From positions 1 through 64,000 of IMG/VR virus record IMGVR_UViG_3300042453_002354: a stretch of 64,000 nt of DNA; one strand, 5' to 3'. Source of the stretch: a virus. The position numbers and the translations under genes are program-made. The notes under the pieces were generated by a model. That model worked only from the letters and a program-made list of their open reading frames with translations, did not search any database and was not told where the DNA came from. Below, one piece after another: positions 28,478 to 38,965 of this stretch. How positions within the stretch are numbered: the stretch's first letter is position 1; each line of letters begins with the position of its first letter.

Positions 28478-29464
28478 TCAAACTTTTTTCCATCTAGTAA
28501 ATTCTAGTCGTGCTCTAACACCCGAAAATGTATTATCTTCTATCATTCTTTCGATGTCAACGCCCGTATTTGCAACATCATTAAAATCTTTACCTAGTAT
28601 ATTATTTGGCCATATAAAAACACGAAAACCATTATCAATTGCTTCTTCGATCAGTTTAACAATTTCTCGACTTCTAGGTTCATTGTCCCAACAAAAAACC
28701 GTATTCTCTATATTAAGTTGTGGTAGTATCTTCTTCGCTCTCTTTAAATCGGAAGATGCAACGGCTAAACCATTCTTCAGAAACAAAGAATCAATTGGAC
28801 CTTCAACAATTTTTGTGGTAATATTTCTATTCCATTGATCGAGTCCAAAAATCATAGACTCTACTTCTGGATGCTTTACGGTTTCGTATCTTAAATTTTC
28901 TTTAGGATCTATGCTTCTGCCTTGTGCGCCAACTAGATTACCTTCTATGTCATAGAAAGGTAACAACAACTTTGTAGATTCAGAAACTTTTGAATATTTT
29001 TCGCCAAATTGTTCAACGCACCACCGTCTAAAGTTAGGACAAGAATATACCCTCTTTATCGCTGTAAGTTTTAATCCACGAGCTAATGCGTATCTTGTAA
29101 CGTCATCTTTACTATCGTATAGAGTTTTTAAATTTATATCTTTATATTTGGTTTCAACCTTTTCCTTCTTCGGTTGAATCGATTTTATCGGAGAATCATT
29201 CAATCGCTCAAGTGAATATTGAGAATATAATGTAGGGTTTAATTGCTGTAAAACTTGACTGAAGAATCCACTATATGAACAGTTGTGACATTTATATGCT
29301 ATACCTTTATCGACTTCATAAAAGTAACCTCTGGCTTTTAATTTGTTTTTTTGAGAATCGCCGCAGAGAGGACATCTACAATTATATACGTGATTACCCT
29401 TATCCGAGAATCTACTCAGAGAGGTTGATAGAATCATCAAATACTTTTGATCTAGATAAAACAT
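28478..29464 (-). CDS. 61: DNA primase gp61
   Basis: CRCPLCGDSQKNK.KARG, CHNC, QGRS, VEGPIDSLF, DNEPR, KDFND. Confidence 0.95.
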   Translation of the reverse strand: MFYLDQKYLMILSTSLSRFSDKGNHVYNCRCPLCGDSQKNKLKARGYFYEVDKGIAYKCHNCSYSGFFSQVLQQLNPTLYSQYSLERLNDSPIKSIQPKKEKVETKYKDINLKTLYDSKDDVTRYALARGLKLTAIKRVYSCPNFRRWCVEQFGEKYSKVSESTKLLLPFYDIEGNLVGAQGRSIDPKENLRYETVKHPEVESMIFGLDQWNRNITTKIVEGPIDSLFLKNGLAVASSDLKRAKKILPQLNIENTVFCWDNEPRSREIVKLIEEAIDNGFRVFIWPNNILGKDFNDVANTGVDIERMIEDNTFSGVRARLEFTRWKKV

Positions 29465-29472
29465 TATAATTA

Positions 29473-29793
29473 TTATTTTTCATAATATTCTTTATACAGA
29501 ATAACAGTTTTTCTGTATTCACGCAATACATTTTCTATCTTTTGTATGTTTACAGATAAATTCTTATAGTCATCGCCGGTCAATCCTATTAGTACTGGTA
29601 TTTCTCCTTTGGATTCCATAAGACGAAAAACTTCTTCTACGTTGTCTTTATGTACAACAATAAATTTAACAGAGTCTAGTTTTAACTCATCTGGTAGAGT
29701 TAGATTTAATTTTGGTTTATTGTGTGGCAATTTATTTGAATGTGCGGAACAACCACAAAATAAAATGATTAAAATTAGAATTAATCTTCGCAT
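29473..29793 (-). CDS. outer-membrane spanin (Rz1-like lipoprotein)
   Basis: Signal peptide with FCG-C lipobox; YKNLSVN...YYE tail; overlaps the i-spanin. Confidence 0.75.
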   Translation of the reverse strand: MRRLILILIILFCGCSAHSNKLPHNKPKLNLTLPDELKLDSVKFIVVHKDNVEEVFRLMESKGEIPVLIGLTGDDYKNLSVNIQKIENVLREYRKTVILYKEYYEK

Positions 29794-30209
29794 AATTCAC
29801 CTTTAACTAATTTCTCAAAACATTTTAATTTCTTTTCGGTCGCTTCGTTTATTCGCTTCTCCACCATAGGTGTTTTACGTTTTGCAAGCTCTTCTAAACT
29901 CTTTTTCTTTTGATTCTCTCTGTAGATAGTCTTACGCAATTCTTCTAAGTTGGACACGCTTCTTTGTCTTTCTACTTCCAATCTTTTCATACTTTTTGTA
30001 ACGTTCTCATAATCTTGTCGAACATTATTCAGTGCTTCGTTCAAGGTTCTAATTTCTATTGCTTGTTGTTCGGTTTTATCTCTTAGACTTTTGATAGTCC
30101 AATCTGTATACTTGTACCAACCAAAAAGAGACAGTGAAACTAAGCCGTAAGCAAAGACTTTACTTCTAACAAACTTAAATAGTGCGGCATATAACAAAGC
30201 GGGGTCCAT
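29781..30209 (-). CDS. inner-membrane spanin (Rz-like)
   Basis: N-terminal TM, long coiled coil, VEKRINEAT, C-terminal Cys. Confidence 0.75.
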   Translation of the reverse strand: MDPALLYAALFKFVRSKVFAYGLVSLSLFGWYKYTDWTIKSLRDKTEQQAIEIRTLNEALNNVRQDYENVTKSMKRLEVERQRSVSNLEELRKTIYRENQKKKSLEELAKRKTPMVEKRINEATEKKLKCFEKLVKGELCED

Positions 30210-30210
30210 A

Positions 30211-30603
30211 TTATCCTCTTTTCAGGAACCATTTTCCATCATTAATTCTTTTGTATTCGGGTCTTATTTCTTTCAGTATGTATACTGTAGCATCAATTTG
30301 TTCTTTGATCAAGTTATTATCATCATTAATAATGGCTCTCATTTTCTTCTGATAAGTTCTATTTGGATATCCCAGAAAATATGACAATTCTTGCAATGGA
30401 TCTATAGAATCGGTTAGCCAAATTTGACCATAGACATTATCTATGCCAATTTCTGTATAACCAGCATCTAGTCCTATGTCCCATAAGGTACCGTGAATAT
30501 AACTTTCGTGTTCCCAAGTCAATAGTTCAAATCCTGGAAAAGGTTGATCTCTTAAATTAAAAGTATCAACCTTTAAGTTGTTATATATGAATATGGCCTG
30601 CAT
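30211..30603 (-). CDS. gamma-glutamylcyclotransferase/AIG2-like protein (divergent)
   Basis: IFIYNNLK (cf. FVYGTL), GTLWDIG, VYGQI, ATVY, RI..GKW. Confidence 0.55.
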   Translation of the reverse strand: MQAIFIYNNLKVDTFNLRDQPFPGFELLTWEHESYIHGTLWDIGLDAGYTEIGIDNVYGQIWLTDSIDPLQELSYFLGYPNRTYQKKMRAIINDDNNLIKEQIDATVYILKEIRPEYKRINDGKWFLKRG

Positions 30604-30634
30604 AGTGGAGTGAATAAGTAAAACAAACTATAAT

Positions 30635-30642
30635 TATTTATG
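30635..30642 (-). promoter_or_regulatory. late promoter for the GGCT-like/spanin genes
   Basis: CATAAATA. Confidence 0.55.
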
Positions 30643-30651
30643 CTAATCGCA

Positions 30652-30903
30652 TTAATTGATCATAGTAGAAGGCATTTCAACATTATCGTCCACCATATAC
30701 GATAATGAAATAATTATTAATCCCATTTTAAATATTTCTTGCTTGTCCGCAGATTCGGTCAGCATTTGTTTAACTTCATTTAATATTTCTATTTGCTTAG
30801 ACAACACGCTTAAATACCGATCACGCTCAAACTTGGTAAAAATATTATCTTTAGTTTCTAATATATTTTCTTGTAAGATTGAGATTACTTCTTTTGTGTT
30901 CAT
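30652..30903 (-). CDS. hypothetical protein
   Basis: ORF overlapping upstream gene (ATGA). Confidence 0.6.
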   Translation of the reverse strand: MNTKEVISILQENILETKDNIFTKFERDRYLSVLSKQIEILNEVKQMLTESADKQEIFKMGLIIISLSYMVDDNVEMPSTMIN

Positions 30904-31217
30904 TGTTCTAGAGTTTCCTGTCTCTTTCCAAAAATTATTGTCGAACAGCTCAGATTAGGAACGCCACCTTCCACACCGTGAAAAGTTGACATAAAGATTC
31001 CTGGCTCAAAAATTCTTTGTTTTATGGTATCGGAATAATCTTTTTGACCTCTCAGATCAACGGAAACTATTGATTCAAAGTTTAATTGGAATTTGGTGAT
31101 TATTTCGTTCTCTTCTTCTAAGATTTTGGTGATGACACCATAGAATGGATATATCTTTCCTTCTTCTAAATTTGCAACATCTTCGTATTTTAATGCGATA
31201 TCATCATTTTCACTCAT
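30900..31217 (-). CDS. hypothetical protein
   Basis: ORF with AGGA SD. Confidence 0.65.
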   Translation of the reverse strand: MSENDDIALKYEDVANLEEGKIYPFYGVITKILEEENEIITKFQLNFESIVSVDLRGQKDYSDTIKQRIFEPGIFMSTFHGVEGGVPNLSCSTIIFGKRQETLEQ

Positions 31218-31274
31218 AAGATTCCTGTAGTTTCAGATTAATAAATGTAACTAATAATTGTATTATAACAACAT

Positions 31275-31808
31275 TTATTTGAAATTTGCAAACTTTTTTT
31301 TCTTTCTTGAGACCATTTGTAGAGGAGGTGAATACATTTGAACACCACCACCGGCAACACTATTGACCGGAGCATCTTCTTTCTTCAATTCAGATTCAAG
31401 TGAATTTAATATTTCTTCTACATTATCGCAAGATTCAATTTCATCCAAAAAGTTTAAAAATTTTGACTCAACTACATTTTCTTTCAAATATGAATTGACA
31501 TTCTTTTCTTCTTTTAGTAGCCACAATGCGGCGGCAAATGTGGCAATACGACTCTTGCCGAATGGTAATTTTTCTATCATCTTTTTGATATTAAAAATGA
31601 CAACATCAAATAGTGTGTATGCATTTTCTTGTTCTGTTGTGGTGAACTTTTTTCTTGGAATTAAGTTTTTACCTTGATCGTCTATGATTCCAAGTTTGTA
31701 TGCTTTTGTTTTCTCGAACGGTGTTGTTAGTTTTTTTAAAAAGAAATACAAAAAACCAACATTAAAAACAAATGAAGACTCAGACAATATTACTTTATAA
31801 GTTTTCAT
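31275..31808 (-). CDS. conserved T4-like late/virion protein
   Basis: LKKLTTPFEKTKAYKLGIIDDQG, FAAALWLLKE, EDAPVNSV; N-terminus MKTYKVILSE. Confidence 0.7.
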   Translation of the reverse strand: MKTYKVILSESSFVFNVGFLYFFLKKLTTPFEKTKAYKLGIIDDQGKNLIPRKKFTTTEQENAYTLFDVVIFNIKKMIEKLPFGKSRIATFAAALWLLKEEKNVNSYLKENVVESKFLNFLDEIESCDNVEEILNSLESELKKEDAPVNSVAGGGVQMYSPPLQMVSRKKKKFANFK

Positions 31809-32197
31809 ATGTTTCTCAACTTTTCAACTATTGTAAAATCTATCATAATACGAGAAGAATCCACAGGAGATGTTCTAATATTATGTATATGCGTTGGCAT
31901 ATAGTTTAAATACAAAAGAAAAGTTTTTAATTGAGGCCAGTATTTTTCTGGCAACTTAAAGAAGAGCATTTTGGTTGCGGATTCGACATCAAAGTAATTA
32001 TAGAATGATATTAAATGATTTAACATCAATCTTTCTTTTATGTCTCCGGTTTTTTCGTACTTACAGATCAATCTATGAATATATCTAATTCTTCTTAGGT
32101 CTGAATGAAACTCTTTTAGATTCAAGCAAACTGGATTAGTATAACTCTTAGATGCAAAGAGTAAAAAATTACTATCTGTAAGTACGAAATATGTCAT
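31805..32197 (-). CDS. conserved T4-like hypothetical protein
   Basis: NFLLFA...Y.NP.C...EF..DL.RI.YI.RL, LNHLI..YN.F, LKTFL.YL. Confidence 0.75.
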   Translation of the reverse strand: MTYFVLTDSNFLLFASKSYTNPVCLNLKEFHSDLRRIRYIHRLICKYEKTGDIKERLMLNHLISFYNYFDVESATKMLFFKLPEKYWPQLKTFLLYLNYMPTHIHNIRTSPVDSSRIMIDFTIVEKLRNI

Positions 32198-32212
32198 AAA
32201 AATTAGATCAAT

Positions 32213-33436
32213 TTAACAGTTAAAATATCTCGACATACAAAAATCTGAAGGATATTCTGCATTTGTAATATTTAGTATATGAATTTTACCACCATAAACG
32301 TGGTACATTTTTCCATTAGGTGCAAATTTTAATGAATTTACTCTAGGATTTCCTGACGTTAATACATTAGTGGCAATCACTGGTGTTATTTCATTTGTTG
32401 ACACATTTAACTTATAATATCTGCTTGTATTTTTAGTCGAAAGGAAATAGATATGCCCATTTGGTATGAATGTCCCGTTGGCGAGAGTACCGGATATATT
32501 TATTTCCGCTGAAGAAATATTTGTAATAGAGTTATTGGAAACATCATATGAAATTAATTTTGCATCGTTTATTCCACTATTACTATTTGTTATTATATAA
32601 AGTTTATTCCCATAAGATGCCACGAGATTCAGAGTACGTGAAGACCAAAATGTTCCACCATTTCCCAAGTTTGCTGAATAGGAAAATGAATTATCGGAAG
32701 GATTTATAACCGATAAAAAATAGTGATACACATCGGAAACTTGATACAAATTATTATTGGCACTTAATAATATTCTATACGAGGCCCTAAGTCTTGGTAT
32801 AGAACCATATACATTTGGATTTGGAACTGGAACAGAAACATATGTTTCTTGATTTAAATCGACATCGTAAACATCAGAAGATCCCACTTCCACGCCGCTG
32901 GATTTACCCGAATAAATTTTATTATTTGGTCCCAGTACTGCATGAAATGCGTTGTATCCGGCGGACGATCCAAGTCCGGAAGTAGATGTGTTAATTAAAG
33001 TGTGTACGTTGTCCGTTGAGGGGTCGAGTCTTAAATATGGTCCTGAATTGGCCGGTACGGCGTAAATGTATCCGTTTGGATGTAGTACGCAACCCGAATA
33101 TCCAACCGACAAATTATCTCCTATAAATTCATGAGTGTCGTTGTTGGTATTAATTTTTAATATTTTTTTGTTTGCTGTTAGTGGAAAATAGTAAATGCAA
33201 TTATTTGGGGCTAAACACCCAAATACATGATCATTTCCATTACTGAATGACGTATTTAAATTTATACTACTATAACTATCTATTGTACTATTTTGCTGAA
33301 TCTGTAATCTCTGATCGATTGCAGTTTGCATCATGTTCCAATTAGTGGCATCTACACCACTCCAAGAAGGAAATGATGCAAATATAGGTTGTCCCGTGTT
33401 GTGTAGAATTTTTTTATAATTAAAAACATTTCTCAT
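32213..33436 (-). CDS. beta-propeller protein, putative receptor-binding/virion protein
   Basis: About 7 repeats of (L)xPNGxIY. Confidence 0.65.
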   Translation of the reverse strand: MRNVFNYKKILHNTGQPIFASFPSWSGVDATNWNMMQTAIDQRLQIQQNSTIDSYSSINLNTSFSNGNDHVFGCLAPNNCIYYFPLTANKKILKINTNNDTHEFIGDNLSVGYSGCVLHPNGYIYAVPANSGPYLRLDPSTDNVHTLINTSTSGLGSSAGYNAFHAVLGPNNKIYSGKSSGVEVGSSDVYDVDLNQETYVSVPVPNPNVYGSIPRLRASYRILLSANNNLYQVSDVYHYFLSVINPSDNSFSYSANLGNGGTFWSSRTLNLVASYGNKLYIITNSNSGINDAKLISYDVSNNSITNISSAEINISGTLANGTFIPNGHIYFLSTKNTSRYYKLNVSTNEITPVIATNVLTSGNPRVNSLKFAPNGKMYHVYGGKIHILNITNAEYPSDFCMSRYFNC

Positions 33437-33466
33437 AATGGTATTCCGAAAACAGTAAACAACGCA

Positions 33467-34234
33467 TTATGAGTAATTTGTAGTTGAAGAACCAAATACA
33501 TTCACAACACCCAAATTATCCACTACGATAACAAATGTTATTATGTCAAAATTATTAGTTGAAGTTGGTGCCGATCCGCCAGACCATTTTACACCACCAG
33601 AAACGGCAACGCCATTTACTCTACAAGCATCGCCGTAGGTATAGGTATTCACTCCATCCAAAATGAGTGTTATTCCAAGTATTCTAGAATTACCGGCTGG
33701 TACATTTGTAAATGACCATTCCGTAACAGATTCAGACAGTGCACCCAAGAAAACGGTAGCCGTGGAAGTGTCTATAGTCAAAACTCCTGACGATGGTGAA
33801 AGTGTTGTACTAAAACTATTCGCAACAATTTCTGAACTTGAGTTTGCCGCAGGTGCAACCATATAATCGCCAGTTGCATATGAAACATGTATTTCATCAT
33901 TCGATAATGGAGCACTAAGAAAAGTGATTGTAGATCCAGCTATTGTGTAACTATTGCCAGCACCAGGATCTTGTAATAGTCCATTGAGATAAACTTGTTC
34001 GCTGCCGGAAACTGGTATATTCGCTAATGTAAAAGTAACATTAGAACCATTCACTGAACCACTAGGAACTTCTCTAGTAATAAATGAATCATTTTCTAAA
34101 TCATTTACTCGATTTCTAAGATCAACACCATCTTCAATTTTAGTTAAAGCAATATTGGCATCAGACGCAATTTCTGTATTGGTTATAGAACCAGATCGTA
34201 TTTGTTTATTACCACGAATCTGTGTTTGCGACAT
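33467..34234 (-). CDS. fibre adaptor protein (shared N-terminal tag + adaptor domain + C-terminal beta domain)
   Basis: QIRGNKQI; REVPSG..NGSN...EQVYLNGLLQDPG; C-terminal VKWSGGSAPT...DIITFV. Confidence 0.7.
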   Translation of the reverse strand: MSQTQIRGNKQIRSGSITNTEIASDANIALTKIEDGVDLRNRVNDLENDSFITREVPSGSVNGSNVTFTLANIPVSGSEQVYLNGLLQDPGAGNSYTIAGSTITFLSAPLSNDEIHVSYATGDYMVAPAANSSSEIVANSFSTTLSPSSGVLTIDTSTATVFLGALSESVTEWSFTNVPAGNSRILGITLILDGVNTYTYGDACRVNGVAVSGGVKWSGGSAPTSTNNFDIITFVIVVDNLGVVNVFGSSTTNYS

Positions 34235-34261
34235 TTTAGTTTTCTCCTTGTCTATTCAAAA

Positions 34262-35797
34262 TTATGAATTTAAATCAACTTCCGATTTGCCCGGACCATA
34301 TCTATTTCTGTTGGTGGCATCACCCAATTGTCCATGAGTATTTTCACCACCCAGAGCATATAATGTTCCATCAGTTTTGCTTGCTAATGTATGAAATCTA
34401 CCACCACCAACTTCACTCCAATCGGTATCTGTACCAATTTGAACTGGCGAATTTCTCTGTGTGCTAGTTCCGTCACCCAACATCCAATAATCATTATATC
34501 CCCATGCCCACAGTGTACCATCGGTCTTAATAGCAAAACTAGAATACTCAGAACAAAATACTTTGCTCCAATTTGTTGCAACGCCAACTTGAACGGGCGA
34601 ATTTCTTTGTGTCGTATCGCCAAGTCCTAGTGCTCCATTTCCTCCTTGTCCCCAAGCCCAAAGGGTACCATCGGTTTTTATGGCAAGAGTGTGAAGATAT
34701 CCGCACGCAATTTTGCTCCAATTTGTGGCACTTCCTACTTGAGTAGGAGAGGTTCTTGCTGTCGTATCACCAAGTCCTAGTGCACCAGTAGAATTGGCTC
34801 CTGAAGCCCATAGCGTACCATTACTTTTAAGTAAAATAACATGCGCCGCACCACCTTCAACGCTACTCCAATTAGTGTCGGAACCAATTTGAACCGGAGA
34901 ATTTCTTTGTATTGTTGTACCATCACCAATTCTACCATCGCCATTATACCCCCAACCCCATAAGGTTCCATCGCTCCTTATAGCATGTGAAGTCGCACTT
35001 CCTGATGCAATTTTACTCCAAGTTGTAACAACACCAATTTGAACCGGAGAATTTCTTTGTGTCGTATCTCCTAGTCCTAATTGACCATAATCATTTCTTC
35101 CCCAAGACCACAACGTTCCGTTGGTTTTTAATGCAATATAATAATCTTGCACTCTATTCGATGTGGCTCTCCATATATTGCCAACTATTTTACTCCAATT
35201 TGTATCACTACCTACTCTTCTAGGAGTGTATCTATCAACGGTGTCGCCAAGACCTAATTGTCCGTAATTATTAGCACCAATCGTTAAAAGTACGCCATCA
35301 GATCTAATCATAGCACTTGATTTATCCGCACTAGCAAATGTATTTTCTCCGGATAAAACAGAACCATAACTAAAACTTGAAACAACTGGACTCGATTCAG
35401 AATTAGGATCTGTTGTATAATTTTCAGTTTTATAAGATACGTGAATTTCATCGTTCGTTAATGGAGCACTAAGAAAAATGATCGTAGAGCCAGAAATTGT
35501 ATAGCTATTACCAGCGCCAGGATCTTGTAAAAGTCCATTCAAATAAACTTGTTCGCTACCAGAAACAGGAGTATTATCTAGCGTAAAAGTAACGTTAGAT
35601 CCGTTTATCAAACCACTAGGTATTTCTCTCGTCACAAAGGCTTCAGTTTCTAGTGTTGTAACTCTACCATCATATCCAGAAATAGTATTGCCATTTTCAA
35701 TCTTACTTAAAGCAATATTTGCGTTTGATGCAACTTCTGTATTGGTTATAGAACCAGATTGTATTTGTTTATTACCACGTAGCTGTGATTGTGCCAT
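34262..35797 (-). CDS. adaptor-tagged RCC1-repeat protein (paralog 3)
   Basis: Shared N-terminus plus ~7 RCC1 blades (AIKTDGTLWAWGxNxxGQLGLGD..RxSPVQ). Confidence 0.85.
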   Translation of the reverse strand: MAQSQLRGNKQIQSGSITNTEVASNANIALSKIENGNTISGYDGRVTTLETEAFVTREIPSGLINGSNVTFTLDNTPVSGSEQVYLNGLLQDPGAGNSYTISGSTIIFLSAPLTNDEIHVSYKTENYTTDPNSESSPVVSSFSYGSVLSGENTFASADKSSAMIRSDGVLLTIGANNYGQLGLGDTVDRYTPRRVGSDTNWSKIVGNIWRATSNRVQDYYIALKTNGTLWSWGRNDYGQLGLGDTTQRNSPVQIGVVTTWSKIASGSATSHAIRSDGTLWGWGYNGDGRIGDGTTIQRNSPVQIGSDTNWSSVEGGAAHVILLKSNGTLWASGANSTGALGLGDTTARTSPTQVGSATNWSKIACGYLHTLAIKTDGTLWAWGQGGNGALGLGDTTQRNSPVQVGVATNWSKVFCSEYSSFAIKTDGTLWAWGYNDYWMLGDGTSTQRNSPVQIGTDTDWSEVGGGRFHTLASKTDGTLYALGGENTHGQLGDATNRNRYGPGKSEVDLNS

Positions 35798-37361
35798 TTG
35801 ATTTCCTTAAAAAAATTAGGATTTGAGATCTATTTCAGATTTAGATAAACCATATCTAGCGGAAATTGTGCCTTCACACAATTCCCCATAATTATTTGCA
35901 CCCCAAGCATATAGTGTTCCATCCGTCTTACTTGCTAATGTATGAAATCTACCGCCACGAACTTCGCTCCAGTCGGTATCATCACTAATTAAAACTGGTG
36001 CATTTCTTTGTGTTGTTGTACCATCACCTAACATATAGCTATCATTATAACCCCACCCCCAAAGTTTTCCATTGGTCTTGATTGCAAAAGTGGTATACTC
36101 GGTAAGAAACAACTTACTCCAATCAGTATCGCTACCAATTTGAGTTGGCGTAGATATGTCTGTAGTATTGCCTTGTCCTAGATTACCGTGACCACCATAT
36201 CCCCAAGCCCAAAGAGTCCCGTTGCTTTTTCTTGCAACGCTATGATAAACCCCACCATAAACTTCCACCCAGTTTGTATCGGAACCTATTTGTATGGGAG
36301 ATTTTGTAGATACGCCAGTACCATTACCTAATTTATTATAGCTATTGTCGCCCCAAGCCCATAATGTTCCGTTCGTTTTGATTGCTAATCCGTGTGTGGA
36401 GCCTGCGCCAACTTTACTCCAATTACTATCGCTACCAATTTGAACAGGGGAATATCTATGTCCATCATCACCTAAACCAAGTCTACCTCCATTTGCGCCC
36501 CAAGACCAGAGCGTTCCATTACTTTTAATTCCTAATGCGTGTGCATCGCCTAGTGATATCATACTCCAAGTGTCGCTTCCTACTTGTACAGGAGAATATC
36601 TATTAGAAGCATCTCCTACTCCTAGTTGTCCGTAATCGTTTCTACCCCATGCCCAGAGTGTTCCATTTGACTTTATTGCAATATAAAAATCTCGGAATGC
36701 CGCCGATGCCCTTCTAGATTTATTGGCATGTATTTTAGTCCAATTTGTTTCACTACCTACTCTTCTGAGTGAATATCTATTAGTAGTGTCACCTTGTCCT
36801 AGTTGACCCTCCTGGTTATTTCCTACGGTGAAAAGAGCACCATCGGATCTAATTACTGCGGAACCCTCATCGGTGCCATCAAAAGCACGTTCACCAGAAA
36901 AGATTGTACCATAGTCAAGACTTCCGGCAGAACCACCACCGCCGCCACTTCCTGCACCAGCCGGTGCTACCATATAATCAGCACTAGCATAAGATACGTG
37001 AATTTCATCACCAGTCAAAGGTGCTGTATTAAATGTTATTGTTGTACCAACGATAGTATAGGTATCGGAGGCACCTGGATCTTGTAATAAACCATTAAGA
37101 AATACTTGTTCACTTCCAGTCACAATAGGATTTGCTAGTGTATAGACCCTATTCGATCCGTTAATTAAACCGCTAGGAATTTCTCTAGTTACGAAAGCAT
37201 TTGTTTCTAAATTGGAAATTCTTCCATTTAGTTCTGATAGTACAGAACCACTTTGAATTTTACTTAAAGCAATATTGGCATCAGACGCAATTTCTGTGTT
37301 GGTTATAGAACCAGATTGTATTTGTTTATTACCACGTAGCTGTGATTGTGCCATTTGATTT
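35742..37361. repeat. 63-bp exact direct repeat covering the 5' ends of two RCC1 genes
   Basis: 35742-35804 is identical to 37299-37361. Confidence 0.9.
35816..37354 (-). CDS. adaptor-tagged RCC1-repeat protein (paralog 2)
   Basis: Same architecture; Gly-rich linker. Confidence 0.85.
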   Translation of the reverse strand: MAQSQLRGNKQIQSGSITNTEIASDANIALSKIQSGSVLSELNGRISNLETNAFVTREIPSGLINGSNRVYTLANPIVTGSEQVFLNGLLQDPGASDTYTIVGTTITFNTAPLTGDEIHVSYASADYMVAPAGAGSGGGGGSAGSLDYGTIFSGERAFDGTDEGSAVIRSDGALFTVGNNQEGQLGQGDTTNRYSLRRVGSETNWTKIHANKSRRASAAFRDFYIAIKSNGTLWAWGRNDYGQLGVGDASNRYSPVQVGSDTWSMISLGDAHALGIKSNGTLWSWGANGGRLGLGDDGHRYSPVQIGSDSNWSKVGAGSTHGLAIKTNGTLWAWGDNSYNKLGNGTGVSTKSPIQIGSDTNWVEVYGGVYHSVARKSNGTLWAWGYGGHGNLGQGNTTDISTPTQIGSDTDWSKLFLTEYTTFAIKTNGKLWGWGYNDSYMLGDGTTTQRNAPVLISDDTDWSEVRGGRFHTLASKTDGTLYAWGANNYGELCEGTISARYGLSKSEIDLKS

Positions 37362-37373
37362 ACCTTTTTTTAT

Positions 37374-38924
37374 TTAAATGTCTAAATCGACTTCTGCCTT
37401 AGCAGGACCATATTTTTGAACTGTAGTTCCGTGTCCTAATTGTCCGTAAGTATTTTCGCCCCAAGAATATAATGCACCATCAGTTTTACTAGCAAATGTA
37501 TGTGCAACTCCGATAAATATGTTATTCCAGTTAGTTGCTGTACCTATTTGAACTGGTGAAGTTCTATTTGTTGTTGTACCATCACCAAGATGATAATATG
37601 GGCTATTAATGCCAAAGCCCCATAATGTACCATCGGTTTTAATTGCCATTGTATGCCAGGTTCCGCATTTAACTTTACTCCAATTTGTAGCAACACCAAC
37701 TTGAACTGGCGAATTTCTTTGTGCTGTATCACCAAGTCCTAGTTGACCATATTCATTCCTACCCCAAGCCCATAGTGTTCCATCAGATTTGATGGCCAGT
37801 GAATATGCCCATCCGCAAGCGACTGCAACCCAGTTAGTTGCGCTACCAACTTGTATGGGTGAATTTCTGCTTGTAGTATTGCCAAGTCCTAGCTGACCAT
37901 ATGCGTTCCAACCCCAACTCCATAATGTTCCATCTGTTTTGATTGCGATATTATGATCAGCACCACAAGCAATTTTGCTCCAATTAGTACCACTACCAAT
38001 CTGTACTGGTGTTGTTCTAGTTGTATTTGTACCATCACCAATAGAACCAGATGTATTATTTCCCCAACTCCATAATGTTCCATCCGTTTTGATTGCTGAA
38101 ACAAAATTTGTACCCATACTTATAGTTGACCAATTAGTTGCAACACCAACTTGAACTGGCGAATTTCTTTGTGTTGTGTCGCCAAGTCCTAATTGATAGT
38201 AACCATTATACCCCCACCCCCATAGTGTACCATTTGATTTTATGGCTAAACAAGCATCCGCCAAACCTGGACCGCCATCTCGATAATGAGAGGCAAATAC
38301 CTTACTCCAATTTGAATCCGATCCCACTTGTCTAGGAGAATACCTTACGCTAGTATCGCCAAGTCCTAATGTGCCATAAGTATTTACGCCACACGAAAAA
38401 AGTTTGCCATCAGAACGTATCATAACAGACCAGTTCTGTGAAGCGGCGACAGCATTTTCGCCTGCTATTACTGTAGCATAATTAATATTAGAAGAAGCAG
38501 CAGGAGAACCGCCACCCTCAGCACTTGAAGAAGGCGTTACTGAATAACTACCCGTAGCATACGAAACGTGAATTTCATCTCCACTTAATGGAGCACTGAG
38601 AAATGTAATAGTAGATCCAGAAATTGTATAGCTATTACCAGCGCCAGGATCTTGTAATAGTCCGTTTATAAAAACTTGTTCGCTACCGGAAACGGGTGTA
38701 CTTGCTAATGTAAAAGTAACATTAGATCCGTTTATCAAACCACTAGGTATTTCTCTGGTAATAAATGAATCAGCTTCAAGATCGGAGACACGACCGTTAA
38801 GTCCCGATAGTACGGTGCCATTTTGCAATTTAGTTAAAGCAATGTTTGCATCAGACGCAATTTCGACATTGGTTATGGAACCAGATTGTATTTGTTTATT
38901 ACCACGAATCTGTGATTGTACCAT
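37374..38924 (-). CDS. adaptor-tagged RCC1-repeat protein (paralog 1)
   Basis: Same architecture. Confidence 0.85.
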   Translation of the reverse strand: MVQSQIRGNKQIQSGSITNVEIASDANIALTKLQNGTVLSGLNGRVSDLEADSFITREIPSGLINGSNVTFTLASTPVSGSEQVFINGLLQDPGAGNSYTISGSTITFLSAPLSGDEIHVSYATGSYSVTPSSSAEGGGSPAASSNINYATVIAGENAVAASQNWSVMIRSDGKLFSCGVNTYGTLGLGDTSVRYSPRQVGSDSNWSKVFASHYRDGGPGLADACLAIKSNGTLWGWGYNGYYQLGLGDTTQRNSPVQVGVATNWSTISMGTNFVSAIKTDGTLWSWGNNTSGSIGDGTNTTRTTPVQIGSGTNWSKIACGADHNIAIKTDGTLWSWGWNAYGQLGLGNTTSRNSPIQVGSATNWVAVACGWAYSLAIKSDGTLWAWGRNEYGQLGLGDTAQRNSPVQVGVATNWSKVKCGTWHTMAIKTDGTLWGFGINSPYYHLGDGTTTNRTSPVQIGTATNWNNIFIGVAHTFASKTDGALYSWGENTYGQLGHGTTVQKYGPAKAEVDLDI

Positions 38925-38965
38925 TGTGGTTTCCTAAAAAAGTTAAAGTTCTAAATCAATCTACA

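Noticed and set aside
34262-38924. Diversity-generating retroelement acting on the RCC1 genes
   Set aside because: No reverse transcriptase in the window and no non-coding template repeat with adenine-only mismatches; differences are ordinary substitutions. An RT elsewhere in the genome cannot be excluded.
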